A stretch of 63,959 nucleotides of DNA, filler included. It is 5 parts of 5 records of this genome, joined end to end, with 100 filler letters (N's around TTAATTAATTAA, not from the genome) between each part and the next. Parts side by side here need not be neighbours in the genome. Positions count along the whole stretch, not along the records: positions 1 to 29,655 come from SRR20825010_2242; positions 29,756 to 33,236 come from SRR20825010_2247; 3 more parts are not named here. The stretch is one strand, 5' to 3'. Below are positions 20,489-30,038 of the stretch, in pieces. The notes below the pieces were generated by a model, which had not been told where the DNA came from, searched no databases, and saw only the letters and a program-made list of their open reading frames with translations. A program made the translations under genes and the position numbers. Numbering within the stretch: position 1 is the stretch's first letter; each line of letters starts with the position of its first letter.

Positions 20489-21604
20489 ATGCGAAAGATT
20501 AAATCCAGAAACCCAATAGACCTCTTTAGGCTAATCCCTTTGGACATTATAAGAAGACCGAGGGTATCCAAAGAGAAGTCAAACCTAATGCCAGGGTCTT
20601 TGCTCTACACTGGTAAAAAGAGAGATGATGAGATACTTCTTCAGGCAATGGCCTATAATGGAGAATCTTGTGAAGAAAAGGAACTCCAATCTATTGCTGA
20701 ATTAAAAGAGCTCGATCTAAAAGGTAAAAATCTATGGCTCAATGTTACTGGCTTGCACAATGTAGAGTTGATTCGAGAAATTGGGGAGCATTTTGACATT
20801 CATAACCTTACATTGGAAGATGTTTTAAATCTTGGTCAACGGCCAAAGTGGGAAGAATACGATCACTATTTCTTCCAAATCTGTAAAATGGTGATGACAC
20901 AGAGCGACATGATTAAGCATGAGCAGTTCGCTATGGTGGTAGGTAAAGACTTTATCATCACCTTTCAAGAGGACATGAGAGATGTTTTTGATGGTGTTCG
21001 TGACCGACTGAGAAACGCTAAAGGCAAAATACGCACGCGCAAGCCTGATTACTTATCCTTCGCTTTAATGGATGTAATCGTAGATCATTACCTTATTATC
21101 ATCGAAATGTATGCCGACAGAATTGATGATTTAGAAGACGAATTACGAAGTAAACCCACCCCTAGCTTCATTAATAGACTTAGCACTTTAAAAAAGGAAG
21201 TGAATTGGCTGCGCAGAACTGTGCGTCCAATCAAGGAAAGCGTAATTAACTTCAACAAGTCTCAAACCAGTTTAATCGATAAAAAGACTTCCCCCTTCTT
21301 GAAGGATTTATTGGACCACACTACTCACCTAACAGAAAATGTGGAGTTGTATATGGACGAGTTGAAAGACTTGATGGACCATTACAATAACCAGATGAAC
21401 AACAAACTGAATGACATCTTAAAAGTGCTCACCATTTTCTCAGTTATTTTTATTCCGCTCACTTTCATGGCGGGTATCTACGGAATGAACTTCGAATATT
21501 TCCCTGAGCTTTCTTATAAGTATGCCTACCCCATTTTCTGGGGAGCATTGTTAACTGTAGCTGGTGGAATGATCTATTACTTTAAAAGAAAAGGCTGGTT
21601 ATAA
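20489..21604 (+). CDS. corA: Magnesium/cobalt transporter CorA
   Basis: QRPKWE, YGMNF signature, two C-terminal TM helices. Confidence 0.95.
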   Translation: MRKIKSRNPIDLFRLIPLDIIRRPRVSKEKSNLMPGSLLYTGKKRDDEILLQAMAYNGESCEEKELQSIAELKELDLKGKNLWLNVTGLHNVELIREIGEHFDIHNLTLEDVLNLGQRPKWEEYDHYFFQICKMVMTQSDMIKHEQFAMVVGKDFIITFQEDMRDVFDGVRDRLRNAKGKIRTRKPDYLSFALMDVIVDHYLIIIEMYADRIDDLEDELRSKPTPSFINRLSTLKKEVNWLRRTVRPIKESVINFNKSQTSLIDKKTSPFLKDLLDHTTHLTENVELYMDELKDLMDHYNNQMNNKLNDILKVLTIFSVIFIPLTFMAGIYGMNFEYFPELSYKYAYPIFWGALLTVAGGMIYYFKRKGWL

Positions 21605-21606
21605 GC

Positions 21607-22506
21607 TCAGCTTCTTGGGTGAAAATCATTAATAATCTGCTTCAGATAATCGCGGTCTAAATGTGTATAAATTTCGGTTGTAGTAATCGATTCATGACCA
21701 AGCATTTCCTGAACTGCTCTTAAGTCAGCTCCACCTTCAATTAAATGGGTCGCAAAAGAGTGGCGAAAAGTGTGCGGACTCACTGTTTTATGAAGTCCAG
21801 CTTTGGCTACCAAATCCTTGATTACAATAAATACCATTTGACGAGAAAGCTGCTTCCCGTTACGGTTCAAGAACAGAAAAGACTCATGTCCTGGCTTCAC
21901 ATCTAAGTGCACTCGCACTTCTTCTCGGTACATGTTAATATATTTCAGCGCCTCTCGTCCAATAGGCACCAACCTTTCTTTGCTACCCTTACCTAAAACT
22001 CTCAAAAAACCGATCTCGAAATGAATATTAGAAATCTTAAGACTGATGAGTTCAGTGACGCGTAAACCTGAACTATACAGCGTTTCCAGCATAGCCCTAT
22101 TTCGCATTCCTTCTGCCTTGGAATGATCAATAGCTGCCAGAATTTTGTCTATCTCATGAATATCGAGTGTATCGGGTAGCTTCCGACCTAATTTCGGAGC
22201 CTCCAATAACGCGGCAGGATCTACATCTATTTCAGCCTCATACAACATGAATTTATAAAATGACTTGAGGCCAGAAATAATCCGAGCCTGCGAATGGGCA
22301 CTCATGCCCAATTCATTAATGTATTCTATGAAATTCTGCAGATGGTTCGCCCGAACTTGCTGTACCGTAATATCTAGATTGGATATTTCCAGAAACTGTT
22401 TTAGCTTCACCACATCGTGAACGTAAGCCTCAACCGAATTTTCGGACAGCGATCGTTCCAGTTTTAAGTAGTTTTCGTATTCCTGAATATATATTTCCCA
22501 AGCCAC
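21607..22506 (-). CDS. xerD: Tyrosine recombinase XerD
   Basis: LYSSGLRVTE, GKGSKERLVP, HTFRHSFATHL, LGHESITTTEIY. GTG 22506 gives 299 aa and avoids overlap with aroQ. Confidence 0.93.
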   Translation of the reverse strand: MAWEIYIQEYENYLKLERSLSENSVEAYVHDVVKLKQFLEISNLDITVQQVRANHLQNFIEYINELGMSAHSQARIISGLKSFYKFMLYEAEIDVDPAALLEAPKLGRKLPDTLDIHEIDKILAAIDHSKAEGMRNRAMLETLYSSGLRVTELISLKISNIHFEIGFLRVLGKGSKERLVPIGREALKYINMYREEVRVHLDVKPGHESFLFLNRNGKQLSRQMVFIVIKDLVAKAGLHKTVSPHTFRHSFATHLIEGGADLRAVQEMLGHESITTTEIYTHLDRDYLKQIINDFHPRS

Positions 22507-22534
22507 GGCTAAAGATAAGTAACCCCTCGACAAA

Positions 22535-22957
22535 ATGAAGATCATCATCATCAATGGCCCTAACTTAAATTTATTGGGCACCCGAGAAAAAACCGTTTAT
22601 GGCAACGAAAGCTTCGAGAGCTACTTTCAAAAACTCAAAGAAAAATTCACCAACCTTGAACTAGCATACTACCAAAGCAATGTGGAAGGTGAGCTCATTA
22701 ACAAACTGCATGAAGTCGGTTTTTCTTATGATGGTATCGTCTTCAACGGAGGCGGGTACACTCATACTTCCGTGGCCATTTCAGATGCCATAGCGGCCAT
22801 CAACACCCCCGTAGCCGAAGTTCATATTTCGAATATTCACTCCAGAGAAGAATTCAGACATTTAAGCCTCATCACCAAAGAATGTGCAGGAATGATTACT
22901 GGTTTTGGGCTGAAGGGTTATGATATGGCGCTTTATTATTTAAGCACAAAGTCTTAA
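22535..22957 (+). CDS. aroQ: Type II 3-dehydroquinate dehydratase
   Basis: NGPNLNLLGTRE..YG, QSNVEG, THTSVAI, EVHISNIHSREEFRH. Confidence 0.96.
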   Translation: MKIIIINGPNLNLLGTREKTVYGNESFESYFQKLKEKFTNLELAYYQSNVEGELINKLHEVGFSYDGIVFNGGGYTHTSVAISDAIAAINTPVAEVHISNIHSREEFRHLSLITKECAGMITGFGLKGYDMALYYLSTKS

Positions 22958-24045
22958 TCAACGCTTTTCAAATACACTTTCTCTTCCCAGTCTTTCAGTT
23001 TTGGGTTCATTTGTTTGAACCACAAGGGAGGAAATGCGGCCATTAATATCATAGCTGGGTAGCCAGAAGGCAACTGTGGCGATTCTTCATAATGCTTTAA
23101 TACTTGATAGCGCTTAATGGCATTGGCATGATGATCGGAGTGGCGTTGTAACTGAAACAGAAAGAAGTTACTTAACCGGTGGTTTGAGTTCCAGGAGTGC
23201 ATCGGGTTGACTCTCTCATAACGTCCGGGAGAAATCTCCTTTCTTACAATCCCATAGTGTTCAATGTAATTCACAATTTCCAAAAGACTAAAGGCTAAAA
23301 TGGCTTGGGTAAAGAAGAAAACTGGCACTTCCCAAACCAACTTTTCTTGCCAAATACTTGCTAACAATGTTAAAGTCGAGGCCAATATAAGGGGAAGTAT
23401 GGTGAACCAAATCATCTCATTTTTCAATGACCAGACCTTCCCCCCCTTTCTTTTCAAGCTTGCCTTTTCAATATTCCAAGCACTACGATAACTCCCTAAA
23501 ACCGACCGAAACCAGAAACGATAAAAACCTTCATTCTTTCTACTTGTAGCAGGGTCTTTAGGAGTAGCCACATGCAAGTGATGTCCGCGGTTATGTTCGA
23601 TATAGAAATGCATATAGCAAACCGTCATTAAAATGAGTTTGGAATAAAAGCGCTCTAAAGCCGATTTTTTATGACCAAGTTCGTGCCCCACCGTAATTCC
23701 AATGCCACCTGTTACTAACGCAAAACTCAACACAAAACCAATCCATTCATGAACTTCCATGGTAGTGGAAGCCAATTGAGCCGATGCCCAAATCAAAAAA
23801 GCCAATTGAAAAACGGACCAGATATAAGTAATAAAACGATAATAGAATTGTTCTGAAATGATTAGTGCATCACGGTCCTCCATATTCTCTGGATCTTCAC
23901 CTATAAGCGAATCAGCCAGAGGTATTAATAGGAATACAAAGCAAATGGTAAGATAATTCCACCAACCGCCAAGGTAAAAACCCAAAATAGCAAGCGCAGG
24001 AATTATAAAAGCAGTAAGGAAACCGATTCGCTTGATCCAACTCAT
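22954..24045 (-). CDS. alkB: Alkane 1-monooxygenase (membrane di-iron)
   Basis: All four His boxes: HELGHK, EHNRGHH, NYIEHYG, LQRHSDHHA; also DPATSR and PQLPSGY. Confidence 0.92.
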   Translation of the reverse strand: MSWIKRIGFLTAFIIPALAILGFYLGGWWNYLTICFVFLLIPLADSLIGEDPENMEDRDALIISEQFYYRFITYIWSVFQLAFLIWASAQLASTTMEVHEWIGFVLSFALVTGGIGITVGHELGHKKSALERFYSKLILMTVCYMHFYIEHNRGHHLHVATPKDPATSRKNEGFYRFWFRSVLGSYRSAWNIEKASLKRKGGKVWSLKNEMIWFTILPLILASTLTLLASIWQEKLVWEVPVFFFTQAILAFSLLEIVNYIEHYGIVRKEISPGRYERVNPMHSWNSNHRLSNFFLFQLQRHSDHHANAIKRYQVLKHYEESPQLPSGYPAMILMAAFPPLWFKQMNPKLKDWEEKVYLKSVD

Positions 24046-24061
24046 ATTGAAAAATACGAAA

Positions 24062-24523
24062 TCAAATCATGGCTTTCAACTCCTGAAGGCTGGGTATTTT
24101 CTCTAAGAAACTTACTTTTTGATTTTCTTCATCGAACCAACAAGCGTAATGCGCCATTCCATTGGTAACGATCAACAATTTAGCTTTGAGCGTTTTGTTG
24201 TACACCGCCACCTGATCAAAAGCATTTTGAGTGATTTTCACGGAAGGTGCCTTACACTCCACTATAACGAGGGGTTTCATGAACTCATCATAAAACAGAA
24301 TGTCGGAACGTTTTTGCAGCTGATTGTACTTATTGCCCGTCTCCACACTCATTCGGTTCATGGAGTACCCCAAACTACCCGCAAGGAAGTGAATAAAATG
24401 TTGTCGTACCCATTCTTCAGGGGTAAGTACAACAAACTTCTTCCGTATAGGGTCAAAAATAACTAATTTGCCGTCCCTTTTATCAAGGCGATATTCATAG
24501 GCCGGCAGGTTGAGTGAATCCAT
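24062..24523 (-). CDS. Stand-alone HsdR N-terminal-like PD-(D/E)xK domain protein
   Basis: IFDPIRKK, TPEEWVRQ, RSDI, VECKAP, QVAVYN, VTNG. Confidence 0.85.
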   Translation of the reverse strand: MDSLNLPAYEYRLDKRDGKLVIFDPIRKKFVVLTPEEWVRQHFIHFLAGSLGYSMNRMSVETGNKYNQLQKRSDILFYDEFMKPLVIVECKAPSVKITQNAFDQVAVYNKTLKAKLLIVTNGMAHYACWFDEENQKVSFLEKIPSLQELKAMI

Positions 24524-24555
24524 CGAACAAATGTAACTGAACCCAAAACTTATAC

Positions 24556-25329
24556 ATGAAAACTAAGCAGGAAATTGTTGAAAACTGGCTCCCCCGCTAT
24601 ACGGGCGTTGCCAATGAAGACTTCGGAGAGTACATTCTACTGACTAATTTTATTACTTATGTAGAAATGTTTGCCGATAAGTTCGGGGTTGAAATCAATG
24701 GCGTTGGTCGCCCAATGCAGTCTGCAACGGCAGAAAACATCACTATTATCAACTTTGGAATGGGAAGCGCTATGGCCGCAACCGTCATGGATTTACTGTC
24801 TTCCATAGCTCCAAAAGCAGTTCTGTTTTTGGGTAAATGTGGTGGCTTAAAAAAGAAAACTGCCATTGGCGATTTAATACTTCCTATTGCAGCCATTCGT
24901 GGCGAAGGTACTAGTGACGACTATATGCCCCCCGAAATCCCAGCATTGCCTTCTTTCCGTTTACAGCGTGCAGTATCTTCAATGATCAAGAAACACGAAC
25001 GTGATTACTGGACTGGCACTTGCTACACCACTAACCGCAGAGTTTGGGAACATGACAGGGCTTTTAAAAAATACCTAAGAAAAATCAGAGCGATGGCCGT
25101 TGATATGGAAACCGCTACACTTTTCACAGTAGGTTTTGTAAATCAGATCCCTCATGGGGCTCTCCTTTTGGTTTCTGACAATCCAATGATTGCAGAAGGA
25201 GTAAAAACGGAAGAGAGTGACAAAAAAGTCACCTCAAACTTCGTAAATGACCATTTAGAAATAGGAATTGATTCACTCAGAGAACTCAGAGACTCAGGTG
25301 ATTCTGTAAAACATTTAAGATTCGAATAA
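24556..25329 (+). CDS. amn: AMP nucleosidase
   Basis: NWLPRYTG, ILLTNF, INFGMGS, LFLGKCGGL, AVDMETAT. Confidence 0.92.
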   Translation: MKTKQEIVENWLPRYTGVANEDFGEYILLTNFITYVEMFADKFGVEINGVGRPMQSATAENITIINFGMGSAMAATVMDLLSSIAPKAVLFLGKCGGLKKKTAIGDLILPIAAIRGEGTSDDYMPPEIPALPSFRLQRAVSSMIKKHERDYWTGTCYTTNRRVWEHDRAFKKYLRKIRAMAVDMETATLFTVGFVNQIPHGALLLVSDNPMIAEGVKTEESDKKVTSNFVNDHLEIGIDSLRELRDSGDSVKHLRFE

Positions 25330-26963
25330 TGAAGAAATTATTAGCGATTGCCGCAGTGATGTTTTTGCTGTGGTCATGTGGTGGAAAAAAGCAAGCCGAC
25401 TTGATCATTCATAACGCTACGGTTTACACAGTAAACGATGCGTTTACGGTAGCAACAGCATTTGCTATAAAAGATGGAAAGTTTATTGGTGTTGGGTCGG
25501 ACGAAGACATTCTGAAAGACTATGAGTCTAACGAAACCATTAACTTAGAAGGCGCTCCTGTTTACCCAGGACTTATTGATGCACACGCTCATTTTTACCG
25601 TTATGGTTTAGGGTTAAAAAATGCTGATTTAGTAGGCACAAAGTCCTTTGATGAAATTTTGGAGATCCTTCAAGCACACCGTGAAAAATATCCAGACGAT
25701 GAATGGATTGTAGGACGTGGTTGGGATCAGAATGACTGGGAAAACAAAGAATTTCCAAGCAAAGAAAAGCTAGACAAACTATTCCCTGATGTACCTGTCT
25801 TCCTTTCAAGGGTTGATGGTCATGCGGCTTTAGCAAATTCTTCTGCGATGAGTCAAAGCGAGATTTTCGGCAATACAAAAGAAGTAACCGGAGGTAAAAT
25901 CTATTTTGATAAAGACGGAAAGCCTACAGGTTTATTAGTGGACAACGCCATGGACTTGATTGGTAAGTACATTCCTGAGCAAACACGTGCTGACCAAATT
26001 GAGGCACTCATCATGGCGCAACAAAACTGTTTCGCGGTTGGACTTACGGGTGTTGTTGATGCTGGCTTGGAAGTAAGCACAATTGAATTAATTGATTCGT
26101 TGAACAAATCAGGAGAACTAAAAATGAGGCTTTATGCCATGGTTGCTCCTTCTGAAAACAGCATAGACTACTTTAAAAAGAAAGGTAAAATCAAAACAGA
26201 TTACCTAAATGTGCGCTCGTTTAAAGTGTATGGCGATGGTGCTCTAGGTTCTCGAGGTGCAAACCTGTTAAGTGATTATTCTGATGATCCAGGGAATTCA
26301 GGTTTTCTTTTAGAAACTGAGGCCAACTATGATGAGTTAGCGAGAACAATTTATGATATGGGCTTTCAAATGAATACCCATTGTATTGGTGATAGAACCG
26401 ATCGTGTTATTCTAGATATCTATGGCAAATACCTTCCTGAAGACAACGACTTAAGATGGAAGATCGAACACGCGCAGGTGGTTTCTAAAGAAGATGTCCC
26501 AAAGTTCGGCAAGTATAACATTATCCCTTCCGTTCAGCCTACCCATGCTACATCAGATATGTATTGGGCAGCAGAAAGACTAGGAGAAGAAAGAGTAAAA
26601 ACGGCTTATGCCTTTAAAGATTTGCTTAACCAAAACGGTTACATCGCATTAGGTAGCGACTTCCCTGTGGAAGACATTAACCCAATGTATGGTTTTCATG
26701 CTGCGGTTGCCCGTCAGGACGCTGAAAACTGGCCAGAGGGTGGATGGCAGGCTGAAAACAAACTAAGCCGAGAAGAGGCTTTAAGAGGGATGACTATTTG
26801 GGCGGCCTATTCTAATTTTGAAGAAAACGAAAAAGGAAGTATTGAAGTTGGTAAGTTTGCCGATTTCATCTTCACCCAAAAGGACATGATGAAAGCACCA
26901 GAATCTGAATTGAGAAACTTAAAAGTAAAAGCTACTTACTTGAACGGGAAGAAGGTACATTAA
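25329..26963 (+). CDS. Amidohydrolase_3 (YtcJ-like) lipoprotein
   Basis: Lipobox LWSC, PGLIDAHAH, RVDGHA, KVYGDGALGSRGA, HCIGD, IEHAQ, GSDFPVE. Confidence 0.9.
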   Translation: MKKLLAIAAVMFLLWSCGGKKQADLIIHNATVYTVNDAFTVATAFAIKDGKFIGVGSDEDILKDYESNETINLEGAPVYPGLIDAHAHFYRYGLGLKNADLVGTKSFDEILEILQAHREKYPDDEWIVGRGWDQNDWENKEFPSKEKLDKLFPDVPVFLSRVDGHAALANSSAMSQSEIFGNTKEVTGGKIYFDKDGKPTGLLVDNAMDLIGKYIPEQTRADQIEALIMAQQNCFAVGLTGVVDAGLEVSTIELIDSLNKSGELKMRLYAMVAPSENSIDYFKKKGKIKTDYLNVRSFKVYGDGALGSRGANLLSDYSDDPGNSGFLLETEANYDELARTIYDMGFQMNTHCIGDRTDRVILDIYGKYLPEDNDLRWKIEHAQVVSKEDVPKFGKYNIIPSVQPTHATSDMYWAAERLGEERVKTAYAFKDLLNQNGYIALGSDFPVEDINPMYGFHAAVARQDAENWPEGGWQAENKLSREEALRGMTIWAAYSNFEENEKGSIEVGKFADFIFTQKDMMKAPESELRNLKVKATYLNGKKVH

Positions 26964-26984
26964 GAAAAATACATCCCAATCATT

Positions 26985-27024
26985 AAAAACAAAGGGGTTC
27001 TTACGCAAGAACCCCTTTGTTTTT
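26985..27024. terminator. Perfect 18-bp inverted repeat, intrinsic terminator
   Basis: AAAAACAAAGGGGTTCTT-acgc-AAGAACCCCTTTGTTTTT. Confidence 0.85.
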
Positions 27025-27155
27025 GACATCACAATTAGTTTTTACGACTACCATATTACCTACATTTTCGGAGCTTCCTGTGAACCAACACACTCAAAAA
27101 TGGTGTATGGCTAGACCTGAAGATCAATCAAATAAGATCCATGAAGACAGGTAAG

Positions 27156-27201
27156 AATTCATAAAAAAAGCTACCAAAATGGTAGCCTTTTTTTATGAAT
27201 T
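27156..27201. terminator. Terminator of the exbB/exbD operon
   Basis: AATTCATAAAAAAAGCTACC-aaaat-GGTAGC(c)TTTTTTTATGAATT; shares the GCTACC/GGTAGC stem with the hppA terminator. Confidence 0.8.
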
Positions 27202-27213
27202 AGTTTCTCTAAA

Positions 27214-27678
27214 CTAATTGTTATCTGATTTTTGAGGAGTTGCATAAATGATCTTACGAGCATTTGCTTCTCTCAACTCTGTTTGAATATCAACGATAAT
27301 CCCCATTTTGGTTTCCTTATCTACTTTTAGAGAAATCGTAATTTGATCACGCTCAACTTCACTGAGTTTATCTTTCTCTGCGTTCACCCACTGAACTATA
27401 CCATCAATAGCAATAAATGCATCGTTGGCTTGCACCAACGCTTCAGTGCCGAAAACTTCTGGTTCTTTAGGCTCTCCCACGTATAGATAGGTCACAAGTT
27501 TCTTCTTTTCAAGCTTCACTAATTGCTCGGCTCTTGGAATATCTTGTTTTACCAAAACTTCCGTTTCTCTCATCACGGTTGTTACCATGAAGAAAAACAA
27601 AAGCATAAAGATAATATCAGGCAATGCCGCAGTTGGAATGTCCTGACTGGACTCACTTTTCTTCTTAAACTTTGACAT
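27214..27678 (-). CDS. exbD: ExbD/TolR family protein
   Basis: ALPDIIFMLLFFFMVTT with the conserved TM Asp. Confidence 0.9.
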   Translation of the reverse strand: MSKFKKKSESSQDIPTAALPDIIFMLLFFFMVTTVMRETEVLVKQDIPRAEQLVKLEKKKLVTYLYVGEPKEPEVFGTEALVQANDAFIAIDGIVQWVNAEKDKLSEVERDQITISLKVDKETKMGIIVDIQTELREANARKIIYATPQKSDNN

Positions 27679-27679
27679 A

Positions 27680-28348
27680 TTACCCTCCTACTTTACTTGG
27701 TTCCGCAATTGAAATCGCCTTAGGAATTCCTGAGCGAGCTCTATCATATAAATCCAAATCTCTTGGATCGTTTCTATTCAATTTTCTAAACTCTTCAGCA
27801 GTTAAACCTACCCTTTCGCCATATACTCGGTTATAAGCAGCGTTCAGTTGATCCAGAATTTGAATGAAAATCTCATAACTACTTCCTCTATCTGCTTTAA
27901 GCGATACAATAGCAGCGTTTGGTCCATCAGATGATTTGTCTGATCTCAAACTGTTGTTAATGTAGGCTTTCATCGTAGCAGGCAAAGACTCATAGGTTTG
28001 TCTATCACTCACTTTTCCACCTGTGGGGCCTTTCTCAACGTCAGAAATATTCCCAAAATTCAAAATAAAGTCATACACCATATCTCCTATTAAAGAGGGG
28101 TCATCTAGTGTCTCATCTTCCACCAACAGCTTATTCAGAGAGTTCACCTGAATTTTAAAGATATTTCTCTCCTGTTGCTTTACTGGGTCTGGAATGTCTT
28201 CCTCCTGTTTAGGAGGAAGTAACAAGGTCAAACCTTTGTTGGTGGCGATTTGAGTAGTTACCAGAAAGAATATCAATAGTAGGAAAGCAATGTCGGCCAT
28301 TGAGCCTGCATTCACTTCCTGACTTCCTCTGTTTTTACTTCTTGCCAT
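27680..28348 (-). CDS. exbD: ExbD/TolR family protein (second paralog)
   Basis: EVNAGSMADIAFLLLIFFLVTT, C-terminal ISIAEP. Confidence 0.9.
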   Translation of the reverse strand: MARSKNRGSQEVNAGSMADIAFLLLIFFLVTTQIATNKGLTLLLPPKQEEDIPDPVKQQERNIFKIQVNSLNKLLVEDETLDDPSLIGDMVYDFILNFGNISDVEKGPTGGKVSDRQTYESLPATMKAYINNSLRSDKSSDGPNAAIVSLKADRGSSYEIFIQILDQLNAAYNRVYGERVGLTAEEFRKLNRNDPRDLDLYDRARSGIPKAISIAEPSKVGG

Positions 28349-28355
28349 AATTAAA

Positions 28356-28718
28356 TTATCTAACGACTCTAGCGATTGACGAATAAACTAACCCTACAAC
28401 TGCTACAACAAGTAGTACTAAAGTTGTGGTCATTGCTCCACCTATTAGTTTATAGGTAGTTAAGGTAGATGCTGCAGAGGGGTCAATTTTGTTAGCTTCA
28501 AAAGCCTTTTGACTAACAAGATCTATCTCGGCAGGCGCCATTGAGTATCCAATAAAGAATATCAATCCTAATACGACTATCCCGATACCGCTTTTCACTA
28601 AACTCTTAGGGTTACCAAAAGAGTTTACGAGGTTCATTACAATAGCAGCAACCGTTGCTACAGCAAGCAGAATATAAGATGCGTATAATCCTAAATCAAT
28701 TAATTGGTCCTGATCCAT
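28356..28718 (-). CDS. Three-TM membrane protein of the Bacteroidota exbB/exbD operon
   Basis: Three hydrophobic helices; lies between exbB and exbD. Confidence 0.8.
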   Translation of the reverse strand: MDQDQLIDLGLYASYILLAVATVAAIVMNLVNSFGNPKSLVKSGIGIVVLGLIFFIGYSMAPAEIDLVSQKAFEANKIDPSAASTLTTYKLIGGAMTTTLVLLVVAVVGLVYSSIARVVR

Positions 28719-28739
28719 AATAATTTGTTTTCAGGTTAA

Positions 28740-29534
28740 TTACTTAGACAAATTGTGTTTTACTAACAAATCAACCAAAGAGATTGAAGCGTCTTCCATT
28801 GAGTTAACAATTGAGTCGATTTTAGAAACACAGTAGTTGTAGAACAATTGAAGAATAATCGCAACGATCAAACCACCAACTGTTGTTAAAAGGGCCACTT
28901 TAATACCACCAGCAACCAATCCTGGAGAAATATCGCCAGCTGCTTCAATAGCATCGAAGGCACCAATCATACCAATTACAGTACCCATGAAACCCAACAT
29001 TGGAGCCAATGAGATAAATAGTGAAATCCAAACTAGACCTCTTTCTAACCTACCCATTTCTACAGAGCCATAAGCAATCACTGATTTTTCAACCATTTCA
29101 ATTCCTTCTGACATTCTCATAAGGCCTTGAGTAAAGATGGATGCTACTGGACCTCTTGTGTTCTTCGTTACTTCTTTAGCAGCTTCAACCCCACCAGACT
29201 CAAGAGCGTCTTCTACTTTGCTCAAAAGTTTGTTTGTGTTGGTAGTTGCCATATTAAGGCTGATAATTCTTTCGATTGAGATAGCAAGTCCAAGAATTAA
29301 ACAGATTAACACAGGAGACATAAACTTAGGATCTCCTTCAATAAATTTTTGTTTGATGACTTGGTCTAAAGACTCTTCTGGCATATCCGCCATTTCATCT
29401 GAATAGTCAGGTGATTCTGGAATGGTGTTTTCTACTTGCTCTGCTGCCCCTTCTTGAGCATCATCTTGAGCGTAAGCATTGAATCCAATCGACAGAGCGC
29501 CTAAGATCATCAATAGTGAGAATAACTTTTTCAT
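28740..29534 (-). CDS. exbB: MotA/TolQ/ExbB proton channel protein
   Basis: APMLGFMGTVIGMIGAF, AGGIKVALLTT. Confidence 0.92.
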   Translation of the reverse strand: MKKLFSLLMILGALSIGFNAYAQDDAQEGAAEQVENTIPESPDYSDEMADMPEESLDQVIKQKFIEGDPKFMSPVLICLILGLAISIERIISLNMATTNTNKLLSKVEDALESGGVEAAKEVTKNTRGPVASIFTQGLMRMSEGIEMVEKSVIAYGSVEMGRLERGLVWISLFISLAPMLGFMGTVIGMIGAFDAIEAAGDISPGLVAGGIKVALLTTVGGLIVAIILQLFYNYCVSKIDSIVNSMEDASISLVDLLVKHNLSK

Positions 29535-29627
29535 AGTCTAGTTTTGATTAATAAAGGTTAAAACGGTTTCTAAATTATTAATAAATATTGGTAAAAGAAA
29601 TTATACTTAAGTTTTTAGTTGATCATG

Positions 29628-29655
29628 CGGAGAGAGAGGGATTCGAACCCTCGAT
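29628..29655 (-). tRNA. 3' fragment of a tRNA, probably tRNA-Ser (cut by contig end)
   Basis: Minus strand ATCGAGGGTTCGAATCCCTCTCTCTCCG gives the T-arm, acceptor 3' strand and G discriminator; anticodon not visible. Confidence 0.75.
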
Positions 29656-29755
29656 NNNNNNNNNNNNNNNNNNNNNNNNNNNNNNNNNNNNNNNNNNNNT
29701 TAATTAATTAANNNNNNNNNNNNNNNNNNNNNNNNNNNNNNNNNNNNNNNNNNNN
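29656..29755. other. Artificial contig spacer
   Basis: 44 N + TTAATTAATTAA (stops in all frames) + 44 N; composition shifts across it. Confidence 0.99.
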
Positions 29756-29757
29756 CC

Positions 29758-29976
29758 CGGCGCTGGCGCGGCGCGCTGTTGCCGCACGAAGCTAAAATAG
29801 AGTTCGAGGTGCTCAATCCGGAAAAGCGCCCGACCAGCGCCACGGCGGACTCGACAGAAGTCCGGGATATCGTCCGGGTTAAAGTGCGCGAAGACCGTAC
29901 CGTTGCCTTGACCCTGCTCTACGATCCCCAGCACAATCTGGAGGAACGGGTTCTGAAGGAGCAGTTTGCGCCCTGA
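29758..29976 (+). CDS. ppnK: NAD kinase, C-terminal fragment (5' truncated)
   Basis: RRWRGALLP...[13 protein letters not shown]...[18 protein letters not shown] matches the alphaproteobacterial NAD kinase C-terminus as I recall it. Confidence 0.8.
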   Translation, partial: RRWRGALLPHEAKIEFEVLNPEKRPTSATADSTEVRDIVRVKVREDRTVALTLLYDPQHNLEERVLKEQFAP

Positions 29977-30038
29977 AGCCCGGCACGCCCCGCGCGGCTC
30001 CCGCCGCCTTTCCGAATCCTGCCTGACGGATCTTCAAC

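Noticed and set aside
21607-22581. Tyrosine recombinase as a mobile-element or integron integrase, and its 324-aa version
   Set aside because: Size, motifs and the divergent aroQ context match chromosomal XerD, it is on a different contig from the attC-like site, and the extension overlaps aroQ.
24062-24523. Type I restriction-modification system
   Set aside because: No helicase domain, hsdM or hsdS nearby.
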